Assembly (NCBI GenBank): GCA_030158725.1
Contig: JAOASJ010000008.1
Location: forward strand, 15,860-79,859
DNA: 64,000 nt
Reading direction: 5' to 3'
Source: Bacteroidia bacterium
GTDB taxonomy: Bacteria > Bacteroidota > Bacteroidia > NS11-12g > UBA955
Positions 61,183 through 64,000 of this stretch are shown one piece after another. Below the pieces are notes generated by a model, which saw only the letters and a program-made list of their open reading frames with translations, was not told where the DNA came from and searched no databases. The number at the start of each line of letters is the position of its first letter. Positions within the stretch are counted from its first letter, which is position 1. The position numbers and the translations under genes are program-made.

Positions 61183-62682
61183 ATGGGCGTTATTATAAGA
61201 CAAGGATTTAAAGCAGCTTTATCTAATTACATTGGAATGGGGCTAGGGTTTTTAAGTTTGTTTATACTTCTCCCCTTGTTTTATACCCCAGAAAAGTTGG
61301 GTGCGGTGCGTTTGTTTATTGAATTGGGGACCGTCTTATCTTCTTTTGCCTTAATTGGAACACATTATAGCATCAATCGTTTTTTCCCATTTTTCAAAAC
61401 AGCAGATGAAAAGCACCATGGTTTTTTCTTTTGGGTTTTAATATTTCCTTTAATTGGATTTTGTCTTTTGCTTATTGTATTGCTAATTGGCGGAGATTCA
61501 ATTTTTCTATTTATTAACGCCAATGCCTTAAAATACAAAGAGCTTTTCCCAATGCTGATTTTATTGGTATTTATAATATTATACCAAGTTGTTTCAGAGG
61601 TGAGTTGCGCCAACCATGGCCGCATTGCAGTCCCAAATTTCATGCGTGAAATTGTAATGCGTTCTTTAATTATTGTCGCTGGTTTGCTTTATTATTTCAA
61701 TGTTGTCAGCTTTACCCAATCTGTTTGGTTAATTGTACTTGCCTATGGAATTGCATTGCTTGGAAACCTTTGGTTCTTAGGGAAATTAACCAAAATAAAC
61801 TTAAGACCAAATTTTGATTTTATTCGTAAAAATCCACAGATTAAAAAAGACAGTTTAAGATTTACTATGCTGTTGTTCTTCTCTGGAATTGCCTCTTTAC
61901 TTTATACCAAAATGGATTTCTTCATGATATCTGCTCTACAAAAAGATTTATCAGAAGTAGCCATTTATAGCATAGGGTTTTATTTGGCTACATTTATTGA
62001 AATACCTAAACGCACTATCTTGCAAGTTGCAACACCTGTGTTTTCTAATTTAATGAAAGAATCAAAATTCAAGGAGGTTGAATCGTTGAATAAAAAAAAT
62101 GGCAGTAATCAATTGCTGGTTTCTGGAATTTTGTTTTTTATGATTTGGCTGAACATTGACAATCTTTATGAATTGATGCCAAGGGGAGACTTTTATCAAA
62201 GGGGAAAATGGGTTGTTTTCTTTATCGGAATAAGCAAATTAATTGATGCAGTCGTTTGTGGAAATGGGCCAATAATTGTGAATTCAAAATTCTATGGGCT
62301 ATCAACTTTTAGTATCGTTGTCGCAGTTATTTCATCCTTTATTTACAACTACATTTTCATTACAAAATTTGGTATAATTGGTGGTGCAATAAGTACAATA
62401 TTGGTTATGATTTCCGTTAACCTTTGCAATTTATTAGTACTTCAATACAAATTAAAGATTAACCCTTTCCACAAGGATCAAATTAAAATTAGTTTACTAC
62501 TAATTTTGTTTTTTGCATTTACTTTTATTGGAGATTGGTTCAGCAATCCTATACTAGATTCAATTATTAAATCTTCTATTTTGGGTTCTGCATTAATCTT
62601 TACTGTTTTCAAACTAAAGCTTTCTCAAGACTTTAACAGTTTATTGACCTCTAAGCTTCCTTTTATGAAAAAGCTATCTTAA
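61183..62682 (+). CDS. Polysaccharide/oligosaccharide flippase (Wzx/MOP family)
   Basis: MGVIIRQ start, many TM segments, YSIGFYLATFIEIP, GIIGGAIST. Confidence 0.85.
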   Translation: MGVIIRQGFKAALSNYIGMGLGFLSLFILLPLFYTPEKLGAVRLFIELGTVLSSFALIGTHYSINRFFPFFKTADEKHHGFFFWVLIFPLIGFCLLLIVLLIGGDSIFLFINANALKYKELFPMLILLVFIILYQVVSEVSCANHGRIAVPNFMREIVMRSLIIVAGLLYYFNVVSFTQSVWLIVLAYGIALLGNLWFLGKLTKINLRPNFDFIRKNPQIKKDSLRFTMLLFFSGIASLLYTKMDFFMISALQKDLSEVAIYSIGFYLATFIEIPKRTILQVATPVFSNLMKESKFKEVESLNKKNGSNQLLVSGILFFMIWLNIDNLYELMPRGDFYQRGKWVVFFIGISKLIDAVVCGNGPIIVNSKFYGLSTFSIVVAVISSFIYNYIFITKFGIIGGAISTILVMISVNLCNLLVLQYKLKINPFHKDQIKISLLLILFFAFTFIGDWFSNPILDSIIKSSILGSALIFTVFKLKLSQDFNSLLTSKLPFMKKLS

Positions 62683-64000
62683 GAGGGTGAAAGTACCTTT
62701 AAGGTAAACATATCTACCAAAGCAATTCTTATAGGTTATGATATATAAATAAACATCTTGCTCAACAATACTGCCTTTGTAAGAACCATCCCATCCTACC
62801 CTTGTACCTTCCTCATCGTATAACTTTTCGCCCCAACGGTTATAAATCTGTAGACTTATGATTGTATCTAAATAATGCTCTGGGAAGTATTCATTTATAG
62901 CATTCGCATCCGGTGAAAACGCATTCGGCATAAACAACTCACAGAAACAAACTTTAGATTTTACATTAAAGGTATCAGTGAACACCCCACAGATATTTGA
63001 TTTCACAACCGTATATCGTCCAGGTTTAGAGAAAGACTTCAAAGGCCCAAACCCACCGTCATTCCACGTATAGGTAATGCCTTGAATGCTAGGTCCTGCA
63101 GATATCTTTAAAACGCTGCCATCACATAAACTAGTATCTATGCTACCACTTGCTATTTGATTAATTAAAACGATATTTATAGAATCAAAATTCTCGCATT
63201 GTGTTATTAAATCTACCACCCTTAATTTATACTTTTGAGAACCGTTAATTTGAGCAAACGGATTAGAGATGTCAGATTTATTTAGGCCAGTAGAAGGCGA
63301 CCAGTAATAGCGGTGTTGTTCTGCAGCAGAATCACCAATTTGCATCAGAGCTGTTTTGCATAATATAGAATCACGGCCCGCATTTGCTATAGGTAAAGGA
63401 TTAACAAAAACCTCAATTTTTGATTCCGAACGTTTACAAGAACCTGTTATAACAAGTACAAACGTGTATTTGCCAATACTTGTAGGTTTATAATTATTTA
63501 AGTTCAAGGAAATCAAAGAATCTTTGATGACGTCATTTACATAGATCAACCATTTATTCTGACTATTGGTGTAAGGATTTACATTCAATACATTTAAAGT
63601 ATCGCCAAGACACATGTTTTCTTTAAACGCTTTAACTTTACTTGTATATACACAACAAGAAGTGTTTACATTGATGAAAATTGAATCAGAACTCAGACTG
63701 TTATTGGCATCTTTAAGCACATATTTCACCCACATAGAATTAGGAATTCTCAATGACGGATTCATTGAATTCGCGTTGCTGAAATATTGTGAAGGTGACC
63801 ATTGAATGGTGTAAGGCAATTTGGCACAAATATTTTTAATTCCTAATTGTACGGAATCGCCTATACAAATTGAATTTGAGCTGTACACGATTTTACTCTT
63901 TATGGAATTTGTTATTGAAACCATTAGAGTAAACGTATCGCTACAAATGCTTGGGGTATCTGCAAAAACAATTAAAGAGACCTTATAGTTACCAACGGAA
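62674..64000 (-). CDS. Secreted Ig/PKD-repeat protein with gliding-motility-associated (T9SS type B) CTD (partial, runs off right edge)
   Basis: PNAFSP....NE.F, IYNRWGE, GWDG, GTFTLLR; frame is open from 63924 to the window edge (SVGNYKVSL...). Confidence 0.85.
   Translation of the reverse strand, partial: SVGNYKVSLIVFADTPSICSDTFTLMVSITNSIKSKIVYSSNSICIGDSVQLGIKNICAKLPYTIQWSPSQYFSNANSMNPSLRIPNSMWVKYVLKDANNSLSSDSIFINVNTSCCVYTSKVKAFKENMCLGDTLNVLNVNPYTNSQNKWLIYVNDVIKDSLISLNLNNYKPTSIGKYTFVLVITGSCKRSESKIEVFVNPLPIANAGRDSILCKTALMQIGDSAAEQHRYYWSPSTGLNKSDISNPFAQINGSQKYKLRVVDLITQCENFDSINIVLINQIASGSIDTSLCDGSVLKISAGPSIQGITYTWNDGGFGPLKSFSKPGRYTVVKSNICGVFTDTFNVKSKVCFCELFMPNAFSPDANAINEYFPEHYLDTIISLQIYNRWGEKLYDEEGTRVGWDGSYKGSIVEQDVYLYIITYKNCFGRYVYLKGTFTLLR

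Noticed and set aside
1337-63805. Numerous 60-137 aa ORFs nested in or antisense to long genes
   Set aside because: No recognisable motifs; expected shadow ORFs from codon bias
1-64000. Mobile elements, prophage, defence systems, rRNA/tRNA
   Set aside because: No transposase, integrase, phage or defence-related motifs, nor rRNA/tRNA signatures, recognised by eye

Overview
AT-rich, gene-dense chromosomal segment of a Bacteroidota bacterium. Evidence for the phylum is the TAnnTTTG -7 promoters, T9SS genes porV/porU, a PorP/SprF paralog and gldJ. About 48 CDSs, mostly housekeeping (tcdA, menE, murF, uvrC, mlaEFD, purH, gpmI, suhB, pgk, polyprenyl synthase, sucA), plus T9SS cargo proteins and a surface-glycan cluster at the right end. 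No rRNA, tRNA, CRISPR array, transposase or prophage was recognised. Most notable: (1) three promoters (beta-helix lipoprotein, SusD-less TonB-dependent receptor, divergent small secreted protein) share 11-bp-phased TTAA(T/G)AT repeats at identical spacing from a degenerate -7 box, suggesting a PhoB/OmpR-type regulon; (2) a tandem array of four Omp28-family CXXC proteins, two lipoproteins flanked by two T9SS cargo, separated by near-identical terminators; (3) a 6S-RNA-like rod upstream of a protein with a very acidic tail; (4) a Flavo-1-like structured element; (5) a C-methyltransferase paired with a GMD-like enzyme lacking the catalytic Glu, suggesting methyl-branched sugar synthesis; (6) many probably leaderless genes. 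Start codons were adjusted by eye from the ORF track. Family assignments come from motif recognition, not database searches.
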